DNA of 64,000 nt, from assembly GCA_037917675.1 (NCBI GenBank), contig JAVCBW010000005.1, forward strand, positions 120,804 through 184,803, written 5' to 3'. The translations under genes were made by a program, and so were the position numbers. Below the pieces are notes generated by a model. The model was not told where the DNA came from. It ran no database searches and saw nothing but the letters and a program-made list of their open reading frames with translations. The stretch comes from Thermoproteota archaeon (GTDB lineage Archaea; Korarchaeota; Korarchaeia; B14-G2). Below are positions 1 to 9,338 of the stretch, in pieces; positions within the stretch are counted from its first letter, which is position 1; each line of letters opens with the position of its first letter.

Positions 1-1728
1 AAGGTCCTGTTTGGCTCTAGAAGCTATGAGATAGTTGACATGGGTGGAGTTAAGAAGTTTGAAGCTGAAGTCATCATGGTGGGGGAGCTGGGTGAGAGAG
101 AAGTCTGCAAAGCTATAAGCAAAGCCTGTAGAGGAGCTAGGTCAGCTCTAGTGTTCACCAATACCAGAGCTACGGCAGAATACATAGCTTCAGCTATGAG
201 CAGATACAGCTCAGAGAGCGGGGTGCATCATAGCTCACTGTCTAAGGAGATGAGGCTTGCAGCAGAGGAGGGGCTTAGGTCAGGGAAAGTTAGGCTTCTG
301 GTGTGTACGAGCTCTCTTGAGCTGGGAATAGACATAGGGACTGTAGACATAGTTGTTCAGTACATGTCTCCTAGGCAGGTTACTAGGTTCCTGCAGAGGG
401 TAGGTAGGTCTGGGCACAAGCCTACATCGACATCTAGGGGGGTTGTGCTCGCTACAAGCTGGGAAGACGCGCTTGAGGCCTCAGCTATAATCAGGAGGGC
501 TAAGCTCGGGGAGCTCGATGCAGAATCTCCTCCCGAAGCTCCATTTGATGTCTTATGCCACCAGCTTGCAGGTCTGATCATAGAGAGAAAGGCTGTGCCA
601 TTAGAATATGCTGTCAGAGTTCTCAGGAGATCTCATCTATATAGGGGGCTCAGTGTGAGAGATCTCCTCAAGGTGCTTGGCTACATGGCTGAGAGATGGC
701 CTAAGCTGGCTGTTGTAAAGGATGGGGTAGCTAGAAAGCCACCAGATGCAAGTACACTGTACAAGTACTATTTTGACTGTGTCTCGATGATACCAGATAT
801 AAAGACGTTTGAGGCTGTGGACGAAGATGGAAGGAGAATTGGAGTGTTAGATGAGCCTTTTGTACTAGAGTACTGCAGAAAGGGGAGCAGGGTGGTAATT
901 GGAGGACGTACATGGCGTGTTGTGGAAGTGAGAGGAGATAGGGTTGTCTTGAAGACAGCTAGTGATGAGGGGGGAGTCGTACCTAGCTGGATAGGAGAGG
1001 ACCTTCCAGTTTCACTTGAAATAGCTGAAGAAGTCGGGTCCATGAGAGAGAAGGTGGAGAAGGGAGTTAGGTTGGGAAGCGAAGCTAGCGTGCTTGATGA
1101 GCTATCAGAGACCTACCCATTCTGCGACCCTAAGGCATTCAGAGAGTTAGTTAACAGTGTTAGATGGGCGCTGACTAGGGAGATGGAGATACCCTCTCCT
1201 AACAGAGTTGTCATAGAGGAAGCTGGAGAGTTTACTGTCGTACACAGCTGCTTTGGGACACGCGTAAATAGAGCTCTAGGAGACATGCTCAGGTGGATGC
1301 TACGTGACTTCAGAGCTGATGTAAGGGTCGTTGTAGACCCATATAGAGTTTATTTAGTTCCAGCTATCCCATGTAAGCTTGTTGTCGATTCTCTTCAGAG
1401 AGCTGATCTGAGTAGCGTAGAGGAGTTGCTGCTTAGCCAACCTGATCTGCCTACTCTTAGGAGGAGACTTGTTAACGTAGCTAAGAGGTTTGGCGCCATA
1501 GACAGGGAGGTAAGTGCTGTCGACTTGCCGCCTATCAGGCTGTTTGACATGTTCTATGGTACGCCAGTTCTTGATGAAGCTATCAAGGAGGTTTTACAGA
1601 TAGACTATGACTTCGAGGGAGTAAAGCAGGTTTTAGATGGCATTAGATCAGGTAGGCTGGAGCAGGCATGCTTCACTTGCCGTGGTGGAAGCCCCTTTGC
1701 TAGGATTGGGATATGGAGAGTCAGCTAG
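1..1728 (+). CDS. lhr: Lhr-family ATP-dependent helicase (5' end outside window)
   Basis: Frame open from base 1; SF2/Lhr motifs LVFTNTR, HHSSLS, TSSLELGIDIG, QRVGRSGH, DVLCHQ, PSWIGE. Confidence 0.9.
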   Translation, partial: KVLFGSRSYEIVDMGGVKKFEAEVIMVGELGEREVCKAISKACRGARSALVFTNTRATAEYIASAMSRYSSESGVHHSSLSKEMRLAAEEGLRSGKVRLLVCTSSLELGIDIGTVDIVVQYMSPRQVTRFLQRVGRSGHKPTSTSRGVVLATSWEDALEASAIIRRAKLGELDAESPPEAPFDVLCHQLAGLIIERKAVPLEYAVRVLRRSHLYRGLSVRDLLKVLGYMAERWPKLAVVKDGVARKPPDASTLYKYYFDCVSMIPDIKTFEAVDEDGRRIGVLDEPFVLEYCRKGSRVVIGGRTWRVVEVRGDRVVLKTASDEGGVVPSWIGEDLPVSLEIAEEVGSMREKVEKGVRLGSEASVLDELSETYPFCDPKAFRELVNSVRWALTREMEIPSPNRVVIEEAGEFTVVHSCFGTRVNRALGDMLRWMLRDFRADVRVVVDPYRVYLVPAIPCKLVVDSLQRADLSSVEELLLSQPDLPTLRRRLVNVAKRFGAIDREVSAVDLPPIRLFDMFYGTPVLDEAIKEVLQIDYDFEGVKQVLDGIRSGRLEQACFTCRGGSPFARIGIWRVS

Positions 1729-3176
1729 ACTTCAGGGACTTCTCTGATAGCTTCCTCTATCGCTTTCTTCCTCCTGAGCCTTATGGCATATGCAACTATG
1801 GCTATGACAACAGCTAACATTGTAGCAAGCATCATGACTGTAGCAGCCTTGATTCCCTCCTCTCCTTCTGGCTGTAGTGTGCTAGCTGACGGCGGTGATA
1901 GCTGTTCTCTAGGAGATGCTGTAGGTGTTAGCTCTGTAGGTGGTGTTATCGTAGGTGTAGGAGAAGGCTTAGGAGAGGGAGCTACAGTGAATGTGATAGC
2001 TGAACGCATGTAGCCGCTCTTAGACACAGTTAAGTTATGTAAGCCACTTGCCACTGGCATGTAGACTGTGCCCTTGCTGTCAGTGTAGTATACTATGGTC
2101 GTCCCATTGGAGTATCTGGCTACAACCTCAGCTCCTCTGACAGGCTCTCTAGATATGGCGTCAAGCACCTTCACTTTAGCTATTCTAGCTGGCTGCAGAG
2201 CTACTTCAATCAGCAGCTTTCTGAGCACGCTTATTTCCAGCCAAGTCGTATTGAGGTATTTCCCATCAGCCCGCACTACTACCTTAACCCTATATGAACC
2301 TGGAGGGGGGAGCTCTATCTCTAGAGGGATTTCCTCAGATGTTTCTGCTAGTGGAAGAGCTGTGAAAGCCTTTCTTCCAGATACACTAGCCTCTGGGATA
2401 CTCCATAGGACTTCTATGCCTATGGGAGTAGATAGCTCGTGTGCTACTGTGACTAGCAACTGATAGCCTGTAGTCTTGTTCCTCAGCTGTACATTAGAGT
2501 AGATTTTAGGCTGCACTAGGAACACTCGATGGGTAGCTGTTAGGGTTATGTTGCCAGCGGAAATCTCTAATTGCAGATCATATGGGCCAGCACTCCAGTT
2601 TGAGGTTACAATCTGGAGCTCAGGAGAATCTATGTCTGTAATGGAGCTTGGAGGCAGTACTGTATCTATTTGAGACGTACGTATCAATCTATCACCTGAG
2701 AATACTGTCATCTTGATGCTGACAGCTATAGAGCTGTTGATAGTGTTTGCTAGCTTGAAGCTTAGAGGGATCCTTGACCCTATAGGGATCTCATATGGCA
2801 TCGATGAGGGGATCAAAATTATGGGAGGCACTTCAACTCTGAAGTAGTATGTAGCTAGCAGCTGTGATCCTACTCTGACCTCTAACTTCCATACACCTTG
2901 TGAGGAGGAGATTGGAAGCTTATATGTGTACGTGGCTTCTCCTAGAGTCACATAGATGAGGCTCTCATCTACTATAGTCCCATTTGGAGCATAGAGAGTA
3001 GCTAGTAGAGCTACCCCTGAGACAGCCTCACCCTCCCGGGTTCTAAGGTACATCACACACTGTATGTTTTCTAGTGGATGATAGGATTCTCTCGTGAACC
3101 CACCTGTGATGGTGTACTGTTGTACAGGCGATACCTGTAGTAGTATAGTAGCTAGAGCTAAGATTAGAGCTCTCAG
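1725..3176 (-). CDS. Secreted, C-terminally anchored surface glycoprotein (Ig-like beta domains, Pro/Thr linker)
   Basis: Frame extends 40 codons upstream of the track ORF to CTG at 3176, adding a hydrophobic signal peptide (LRALILALATILLQVSP) behind GGTGA; many N-X-S/T sequons; PSPKPSPTPTITPPT linker; C-terminal TM followed by RRKK. Confidence 0.7.
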   Translation of the reverse strand: MRALILALATILLQVSPVQQYTITGGFTRESYHPLENIQCVMYLRTREGEAVSGVALLATLYAPNGTIVDESLIYVTLGEATYTYKLPISSSQGVWKLEVRVGSQLLATYYFRVEVPPIILIPSSMPYEIPIGSRIPLSFKLANTINSSIAVSIKMTVFSGDRLIRTSQIDTVLPPSSITDIDSPELQIVTSNWSAGPYDLQLEISAGNITLTATHRVFLVQPKIYSNVQLRNKTTGYQLLVTVAHELSTPIGIEVLWSIPEASVSGRKAFTALPLAETSEEIPLEIELPPPGSYRVKVVVRADGKYLNTTWLEISVLRKLLIEVALQPARIAKVKVLDAISREPVRGAEVVARYSNGTTIVYYTDSKGTVYMPVASGLHNLTVSKSGYMRSAITFTVAPSPKPSPTPTITPPTELTPTASPREQLSPPSASTLQPEGEEGIKAATVMMLATMLAVVIAIVAYAIRLRRKKAIEEAIREVPEV

Positions 3177-3210
3177 ACTTAATCACCAAGTCAGTCTGGG
3201 AATCAGCATA

Positions 3211-4596
3211 TTAATCCTTTCCTTCAGAAGACCTGCATGTTAGCCTTCTCTCCACAGCTTCTATAGCATCTGCTTCACCGAGAACCCTCACCTTCTCTCC
3301 AGGCAGAAGCTCTCGCGACACACGTGGGATCTCAGGATCCCCTCCCCGTGTGTAAACTAAGGTTACTGTGACACCCATCTCCTGTATCTCACCTACTGTA
3401 GGGGCTAGATGTGTATCTACTTCTATCAGCTTGAATAATGGTGCACCTGACTTGTAGAAGGATGGTGATCTAAGCTCCATCTCCTCTCCTTTAGTGATGA
3501 GAACTTCGACAATCCTCTCGCTTGCCTTCCCATCTCCAAATGGACAAGGCTGCTCTCTTGCCTTCTCCCGGATATCAGGGTCATATATTATCCTCCTCAC
3601 AGCACTGACTATCTTCTCTGTAGCACATCCAACTAGGATATTGGTTCCTAGCTCCACTGTTTCCGGCCTCTCTGTGTTCCTTCTCAAGGTTATGCATGGG
3701 ATCCCTATTGCAGCAGCCTCTTCTTGTACGCCTCCTGAGTCTGTCAGTACAAGCATGCTTGCCTGTAATACTCTTAGGAAGTCTATGTACCTTAGAGGCT
3801 TTAGCAAGTATAGGTGCTCTATCTTCTTGGCTCTCTTCCAGAGGCCCTGCGCCTTTAGAGCTTCCTGCGTCCTAGGGTGTACAGGAAATAGGAATATCAG
3901 GTCATCTAGCTGCTCTATTGCAGCCAGGATCCTCTCCAGAGCCTGCTTAGTCACATTGCTTGGCCTATGAACTGTTATAGTAGCTATAGCCATGTCTTCA
4001 CTCAGACCTAGGTCTTCTATGACATCAGACTCCTCTCTAGCCTTATCTAGGTATTTTACTAGAGCATCTATGCCTGTGTTCCCTGTAACATAGACTGATG
4101 AGGGGGGGACTCCCTCATATAGGAGGTTTAAGGCAGCTCTCTCTGTTGGAGCAAAGTTCAGAGAGGATATCGAGTCTACTATCCTCCTGTTCACCTCCTC
4201 TGGCATCGTCATGTCAAAGCTTCTGAGACCTGCCTCTATGTGCGCAAATGGAATACCTAGTTTAACAGATGCTATTGCTGCTGCCAGCACTGAGTTTGTG
4301 TCTCCCTGAGCCAGGCATAGGTCTGGTTTAAAGGTAGATATTACATGCTCTGCCTTCACCATGGTTTCTCCTGTCTGGGAGGCATGAGAGCCTGAACCCA
4401 CCTCTAAGTCGAAGTCTGGCTCTCCTAAGTTAAAGTCTGATAGAATAGCATCTCTCAGCATTCTATCGTAATGCTGGCCTGTATAGCAGAGCGCCCATTC
4501 AATCTCAGGATGCATCTGAAGCTTCTCGAGTACCGGTGCGGTCTTAACTATCTCAGGTCTAGTTCCAACAAATACGAGAAGTCTCAATGGGATCAC
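3211..4596 (-). CDS. wecB: UDP-N-acetylglucosamine 2-epimerase (non-hydrolysing) with C-terminal extension
   Basis: GTRPE, TGQHYD, QGDT, HIEAGLRS, PEEVNR, TDSGGVQEEA, TERPE, PFGDG motifs. Confidence 0.93.
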   Translation of the reverse strand: MIPLRLLVFVGTRPEIVKTAPVLEKLQMHPEIEWALCYTGQHYDRMLRDAILSDFNLGEPDFDLEVGSGSHASQTGETMVKAEHVISTFKPDLCLAQGDTNSVLAAAIASVKLGIPFAHIEAGLRSFDMTMPEEVNRRIVDSISSLNFAPTERAALNLLYEGVPPSSVYVTGNTGIDALVKYLDKAREESDVIEDLGLSEDMAIATITVHRPSNVTKQALERILAAIEQLDDLIFLFPVHPRTQEALKAQGLWKRAKKIEHLYLLKPLRYIDFLRVLQASMLVLTDSGGVQEEAAAIGIPCITLRRNTERPETVELGTNILVGCATEKIVSAVRRIIYDPDIREKAREQPCPFGDGKASERIVEVLITKGEEMELRSPSFYKSGAPLFKLIEVDTHLAPTVGEIQEMGVTVTLVYTRGGDPEIPRVSRELLPGEKVRVLGEADAIEAVERRLTCRSSEGKD

Positions 4597-4647
4597 CTTA
4601 AATGAACAGCATATTTAAGAAGTTTAGCAGCTGTCTCTAGGCTGAGC

Positions 4648-5733
4648 ATGTGCATGAGAGAGCAGCTACCTAGAACCATTGAGTGGATGGATGGCAGAGT
4701 TCGATTCATCAATCAGCTTAAGCTGCCTGATAAGCTTGAGTATGTTGAGACAAGCAGCCCTGAGAGAGTAGCAGAAGCCATATCCAGGATGGAGATAAGG
4801 GGTGCCCCAGCTATAGGTGTTGCAGCAGCTATGACGCTTGCTTTAGCTGCTGTCAACTCTCAGGGGGAGAATATTCTTGACGCCGTCAAGAAGACAGCTG
4901 AGACTCTGCTTTCCACTAGACCTACAGCATATAACCTCTATGGAGCGGTCAGTAGAGTCCTCAGGAGAGCAGAGGAAGCCTGTAATGCTGGCGAAGACGC
5001 TACCAGGGCTATAGTAGAGGAGGCTCTCAAGATAGCTCACGAAGATGAAGAGGCAAATAGGAGGATAGGTAAAGCTGGCGAGCAGCTCATAGAGGAGGGA
5101 GCTAGAGTTCTTACGATATGCAATGCAGGGTCTTTAGCAACCTCATACTATGGGACAGCTACAGCCCCCATGTATGCAGCACATGAGAGAGGTAAGAGCT
5201 TTGAGGTTATTGTCCTTGAAACTAGACCTTACCTTCAGGGAGCTAGGCTCACAGCATGGGAGCTAAGTAGATGCGGGATTAAGGTCACAATAGCTCCAGA
5301 TAACCACATGGGCATCTTGATGCAGAGAGGACTCGTCGACATAGTACTCACTGGAGCAGATAGAGTAGCTATCAGCGGGCATGTCGCAAATAAAGTCGGG
5401 ACATATCCGCTTGCAGTCATGGCACATAGGCACTCAGTACCTCTATACGTCTGCTCACCTATGTCTACAGTAGACCCTAAGGTAAGCGGAGAGAACATGC
5501 CTATTGAGACTAGGAGCGCAGATGAGGTACTGTACTTTGCAGGCAAGAGGATAGCACCAGAGGGAGTTAATGCAGTCTACTATGCTTTTGATGTGACGCC
5601 ACCAGAACTGATCACAGGTATAGTAACCGAGCTTGGGATAGCTGAGCCTCCATATCAAAGGAGCCTTAAGATGCTAGTTGAGCAATATTATGCTCTCCAT
5701 GGGAGTAATTTAAATAGAGGGTTAGGATGGTAG
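4648..5733 (+). CDS. mtnA: Methylthioribose-1-phosphate isomerase (eIF-2B-like family)
   Basis: IRGAPAIG, RPTAYNL, TICNAGSLAT, ETRPYLQGARLT, GADRV, NKVGT, FDVTP. Confidence 0.9.
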   Translation: MCMREQLPRTIEWMDGRVRFINQLKLPDKLEYVETSSPERVAEAISRMEIRGAPAIGVAAAMTLALAAVNSQGENILDAVKKTAETLLSTRPTAYNLYGAVSRVLRRAEEACNAGEDATRAIVEEALKIAHEDEEANRRIGKAGEQLIEEGARVLTICNAGSLATSYYGTATAPMYAAHERGKSFEVIVLETRPYLQGARLTAWELSRCGIKVTIAPDNHMGILMQRGLVDIVLTGADRVAISGHVANKVGTYPLAVMAHRHSVPLYVCSPMSTVDPKVSGENMPIETRSADEVLYFAGKRIAPEGVNAVYYAFDVTPPELITGIVTELGIAEPPYQRSLKMLVEQYYALHGSNLNRGLGW

Positions 5734-5740
5734 AGGCCTC

Positions 5741-6919
5741 TTGAGCGAAAGGAGATCTGTCCGTGAGATACTGGTTGAGCTTAAAGATACAGCATCCTAT
5801 GTTGTTAGCTTAGCATACGCCTCTCTTCTATCTAGGAATGTAGAGCTTGCTAGAGAAGTCATTGAGCTAGAGAATGAGGTAAGAGACCTGAGAGACGACT
5901 TGCTTGAAGCTATCCTCCTTGCTGCCAGAAGTGCGCGTAGAAGAGAAGAGGTGAGGTCTCTCACCACACTACTAGAGGTAGGGTATGTTTCCATGCAGAT
6001 AGCTAACGCAGCTGCAGACATAGCTAAGCTTGCTATGGCAGGAGGCCCTCTGCCTCTCTACCTTGTTAAGGCACTTAAGGAATCTGAGATTGTGACTAGC
6101 ATAGCTACAGTGAGCAGTAGATCTAAGCTTGTAGGCAAGAGGCTAGCTGAGCTCTTTAACCCACCCATCCTAGGTGGGTGTGATGTATTAGCTATAAGAA
6201 GAGGGAGGACATGGATATTTGACTATGATGCTGACGAGGTTATCGAGGAAGGAGATCAGCTTCTGTTGAAGGGAACAGCAAAGGGGGTTAGGGAGGCAAG
6301 CGCAGCACTTGGAGGAGAAATCGTGGTCCAGGGGCCTCTTGGAATGGTCGATCTACCAGTCATAAGGAACATCTTAAGGAGGATGAAAGACATCTCTGAG
6401 AGCATGATTGAGCTAGCTTACACAGCTCTGATATATGATAACATCGAGATAGCTAGAGAAGTCATCAAGCTAGAAGAGCAAGTGGATAGGCTTTACACAC
6501 AGTTTGAGAGAGAAGTGCTTAAGGTGGCTGGAGCTGACCTGGCAAGCAGCTTACCTCCAGCTCTTAGGGTAGCAATAGCCTCTGAGGGCATCGCCGATGC
6601 AGCAGCAAGCCTAGCTGAGCTTGTTATAGACAGGATAACAGCTCACCCAGTACTTAAAATAGTCTTCAGAGAAGCAGAGGAGACTGCTATCCTAACTAGA
6701 GTTAGACATGGCTCGTATCTAGATGAGAGAGGGATAGCGGAATCAGGTATTGAAGAAAAGAGCGGGATGAGAATTGTTGCAGTCAAGAGAGGAGGAAGGT
6801 GGATAGTAAACCCGCCAGCTAACTACGTGGTTAAGAGGGGAGATCTGATCGTAGCTGTAGGCATGCCAGAAGGAGCAAGAGTCCTCCTTAGCATGGTGGA
6901 GGGGGATGGGAGCACATAG
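5741..6919 (+). CDS. Duplicated PhoU-like plus TrkA-C (RCK) domain regulatory protein
   Basis: Two copies of a helical unit (LKD...LAY...AREVI.LE) each followed by an RCK-C unit (AIRRG.WI / AVKRG.WI...GD). Confidence 0.8.
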   Translation: MSERRSVREILVELKDTASYVVSLAYASLLSRNVELAREVIELENEVRDLRDDLLEAILLAARSARRREEVRSLTTLLEVGYVSMQIANAAADIAKLAMAGGPLPLYLVKALKESEIVTSIATVSSRSKLVGKRLAELFNPPILGGCDVLAIRRGRTWIFDYDADEVIEEGDQLLLKGTAKGVREASAALGGEIVVQGPLGMVDLPVIRNILRRMKDISESMIELAYTALIYDNIEIAREVIKLEEQVDRLYTQFEREVLKVAGADLASSLPPALRVAIASEGIADAAASLAELVIDRITAHPVLKIVFREAEETAILTRVRHGSYLDERGIAESGIEEKSGMRIVAVKRGGRWIVNPPANYVVKRGDLIVAVGMPEGARVLLSMVEGDGST

Positions 6920-7802
6920 AAGGCCTAACACGCTGTCTTTTGCTGGACTCACAGGATATGAGTATGATAGTATAAGATATGTTATAGTACCTGTACCATA
7001 TGACTCGACTGCCAGCTTCCACCCTGGAGCTAGAGAGGGGCCCTTTAAGGTGCTTAGGGCATCAGAGGAGCTTGAACTATATGATCCTAAGCTAGGGGTG
7101 ACGCCAGCTGAGGCAGGTATAGCAACAGCTAGTGATCTAGAGCTTCCACTTGGTAATCCAGTAGAAGCTATCAGAGCCATAGAGGACTTATGCTATCAGG
7201 TGATAGCTGATCGCTGTATCCCAATACTCATTGGAGGAGAGCACACTATAGCTGTTGGAGGAGCAGCCGCAGCTAAGCGAGCTTATAGGGAGGTTGCAGC
7301 TGTGATCTTTGATGCACATCTAGATCTGAGGGACTCATATCGAGGGAGTAGATACAGCCATGCCTGTACTGCTAGGAGAGTCCTAGAGCATGCTGATAGG
7401 GTTATTATAGTTGGATGTAGAGAGGCTAGCTATGACGAAGCTGAATATGCTAGGGAAGAAGGGAAGGTAGAGGTCATATGGAGATGGGACCTCTTAGATG
7501 GCATGGAGAAGCTATCTGAGGCCCTAAGTGAGGCTGGTGAAGCTATCTACCTGTCTTTTGACCTAGATGCGCTAGACCCCAGCGTGCTGCCCTGTGTAGG
7601 ATGCCCCTCTCCAGATGGGCTCTCATTCAGAGAAGCAGAGCATGCTTTGGCATGCATCCTGAGGAGATGCTATGTGGTCGCTGCCGATTTCACTGAGCTC
7701 TCCTGTATGCTCCCCCATGCAAGCTGTGGTATGACCGTTGCCAAGCTAGTCTATAGGTTTATTGGGATGCTGGAGTCCTATAGCTCAGCTAAGGGTAGGT
7801 GA
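6906..7802 (+). CDS. speB: Agmatinase (ureohydrolase family)
   Basis: GGEHT, DAHLD, SHAC, DLDALDP metal-binding motifs. Confidence 0.88.
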   Translation: MGAHRRPNTLSFAGLTGYEYDSIRYVIVPVPYDSTASFHPGAREGPFKVLRASEELELYDPKLGVTPAEAGIATASDLELPLGNPVEAIRAIEDLCYQVIADRCIPILIGGEHTIAVGGAAAAKRAYREVAAVIFDAHLDLRDSYRGSRYSHACTARRVLEHADRVIIVGCREASYDEAEYAREEGKVEVIWRWDLLDGMEKLSEALSEAGEAIYLSFDLDALDPSVLPCVGCPSPDGLSFREAEHALACILRRCYVVAADFTELSCMLPHASCGMTVAKLVYRFIGMLESYSSAKGR

Positions 7803-8947
7803 AGCTCTTTCAATAGAAGTTTAAGCCCAGACTTTATGTTGCCAGATGCTAATATCACGTGCTTGAGTGGATCATGCAGGAGTAGGAGCTCTATGGGGCA
7901 GGTCACTGATACCACGGCTTGAGCTCTACATAGCTCTGTGAACATCATGTTCGACTGGATCACCTTACCCTCTGCTATAGCTGCTCCCTCACAGCGAAGA
8001 GGCGCTATGATAGTCACCTTACCAAGCCTTATGTCTCCAGTTGGAGAGACACCTAGCTTATGTCTGGCATGGGTCCTCAATACAGAGAACTCTAGGCCAC
8101 CTACTAAGCTTATTGGTATTGTGCAGTGTGAGACCACTAGCTGCCTTTTATCGAAGTCTACAGAGGATATGTGAGGCATCCAACATGGCTTCCCCCTCAG
8201 GTTAGATGCTATTGAGAAAAGCAAAGATGCTGAAGCCTCCTCTCCACAGCCGAGAGGTATTCCTTCCTCATTCAAGACTGCTACTGGAAGGCAGGGAGCT
8301 ACGCCTAGAGAGCCTATCAGCTCTCTGCTGCATTCGATGTGAGCTCCCAGCTGCAGCTTGGTGCCTAAAAGCTCTCTTAGAGCAATATATGCCCTAGCAG
8401 ATTTTACCATTAGATCCCAGCTAGCATCTAGGATACCCATCGCTTGGCTTCTCCACTTTTCCGCCATGTGCTCAGCTTCCTGCATGCTAACCTCTTCATA
8501 GGCTTCTAGCAGGCTGTCTACTGTGATGTGCTTCACTCTTATACTGGAAGGGAGCTGCTGTCTGCCATAGCCTATCATGTAGAATGGATGAGAAAGCTTT
8601 TGGATGGATCCAGCAATCCTGAGAAGCGACACTAGCCGCTCCACTGTCCTCCTTCCAACCTTGTCTATGTACCATGGGAAACGTGCTTGAGGATGCTCTC
8701 TGACGAGCTCTATTGCTCGTGTTATGCTGCCTATCCCTCCTATGCTCACTGGTATCACTGGAAGCGTATCTGGAGCATTCTTTAGTGAAAAGCTGCTCTC
8801 ACTGAATGCAACTAGGACGTCTACCTCCTCTAGCTTTTCAAAAGAAAATGTGATGAAGGGATCTATCTCCTGAGCTCTAAGCATGAGCTCATCAATAGCT
8901 GACCTGCAGCTATCTGACTCAGCTATGACACCTACTCTCAGCCTCAA
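7778..8947 (-). CDS. L-fucose/L-arabinose isomerase-like protein, divergent
   Basis: C-terminal PCLP..LNEEGIP, HCTIP, CRAQ resemble the FucI-like family; canonical CE(G/A)D appears as CGEE. Confidence 0.55.
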   Translation of the reverse strand: MRLRVGVIAESDSCRSAIDELMLRAQEIDPFITFSFEKLEEVDVLVAFSESSFSLKNAPDTLPVIPVSIGGIGSITRAIELVREHPQARFPWYIDKVGRRTVERLVSLLRIAGSIQKLSHPFYMIGYGRQQLPSSIRVKHITVDSLLEAYEEVSMQEAEHMAEKWRSQAMGILDASWDLMVKSARAYIALRELLGTKLQLGAHIECSRELIGSLGVAPCLPVAVLNEEGIPLGCGEEASASLLFSIASNLRGKPCWMPHISSVDFDKRQLVVSHCTIPISLVGGLEFSVLRTHARHKLGVSPTGDIRLGKVTIIAPLRCEGAAIAEGKVIQSNMMFTELCRAQAVVSVTCPIELLLLHDPLKHVILASGNIKSGLKLLLKELHLPLAEL

Positions 8948-8990
8948 GCCTATCTGTTAGAGCTGTTCCACCACCCTTATTAAGCAGCTG

Positions 8991-9245
8991 TTACCCACCT
9001 GAGAGCCAGCTCCAGATATCTTTCAGCCCACCGGATAGCGTATCCAGCAGCTTCGACCCTGATTCAGACGCTGCCTTCATGAGGGAGTCTAGGAATGATG
9101 CTATCCCCTTGATGGGCTCTACTATCAGTATGAAAAACAGAGCCACAGTTGATGTCAGTAAGAGAGCCTCGCTTACCACTTCGTTCACACCCCTCTCATC
9201 TCTGATGAAATCCTTGATAAGTGAGAAAAATCTTCTAGCCTGCAA
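8991..9245 (-). CDS. Short Flp-like type IV pilin (class III signal peptide)
   Basis: FIRDERG|VNEVVSEALLLTSTVALFFILIV cleavage motif and hydrophobic helix; divergent from a secretion ATPase. Confidence 0.7.
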   Translation of the reverse strand: MQARRFFSLIKDFIRDERGVNEVVSEALLLTSTVALFFILIVEPIKGIASFLDSLMKAASESGSKLLDTLSGGLKDIWSWLSGG

Positions 9246-9338
9246 CTCATCCCCATAGTCAGTATAGCCGTGAACAGATTTATCCCCCGAACATCTGAAT
9301 CTCGGATAGTAAATCTGTTTCTGGGTGTGATATAGCTG

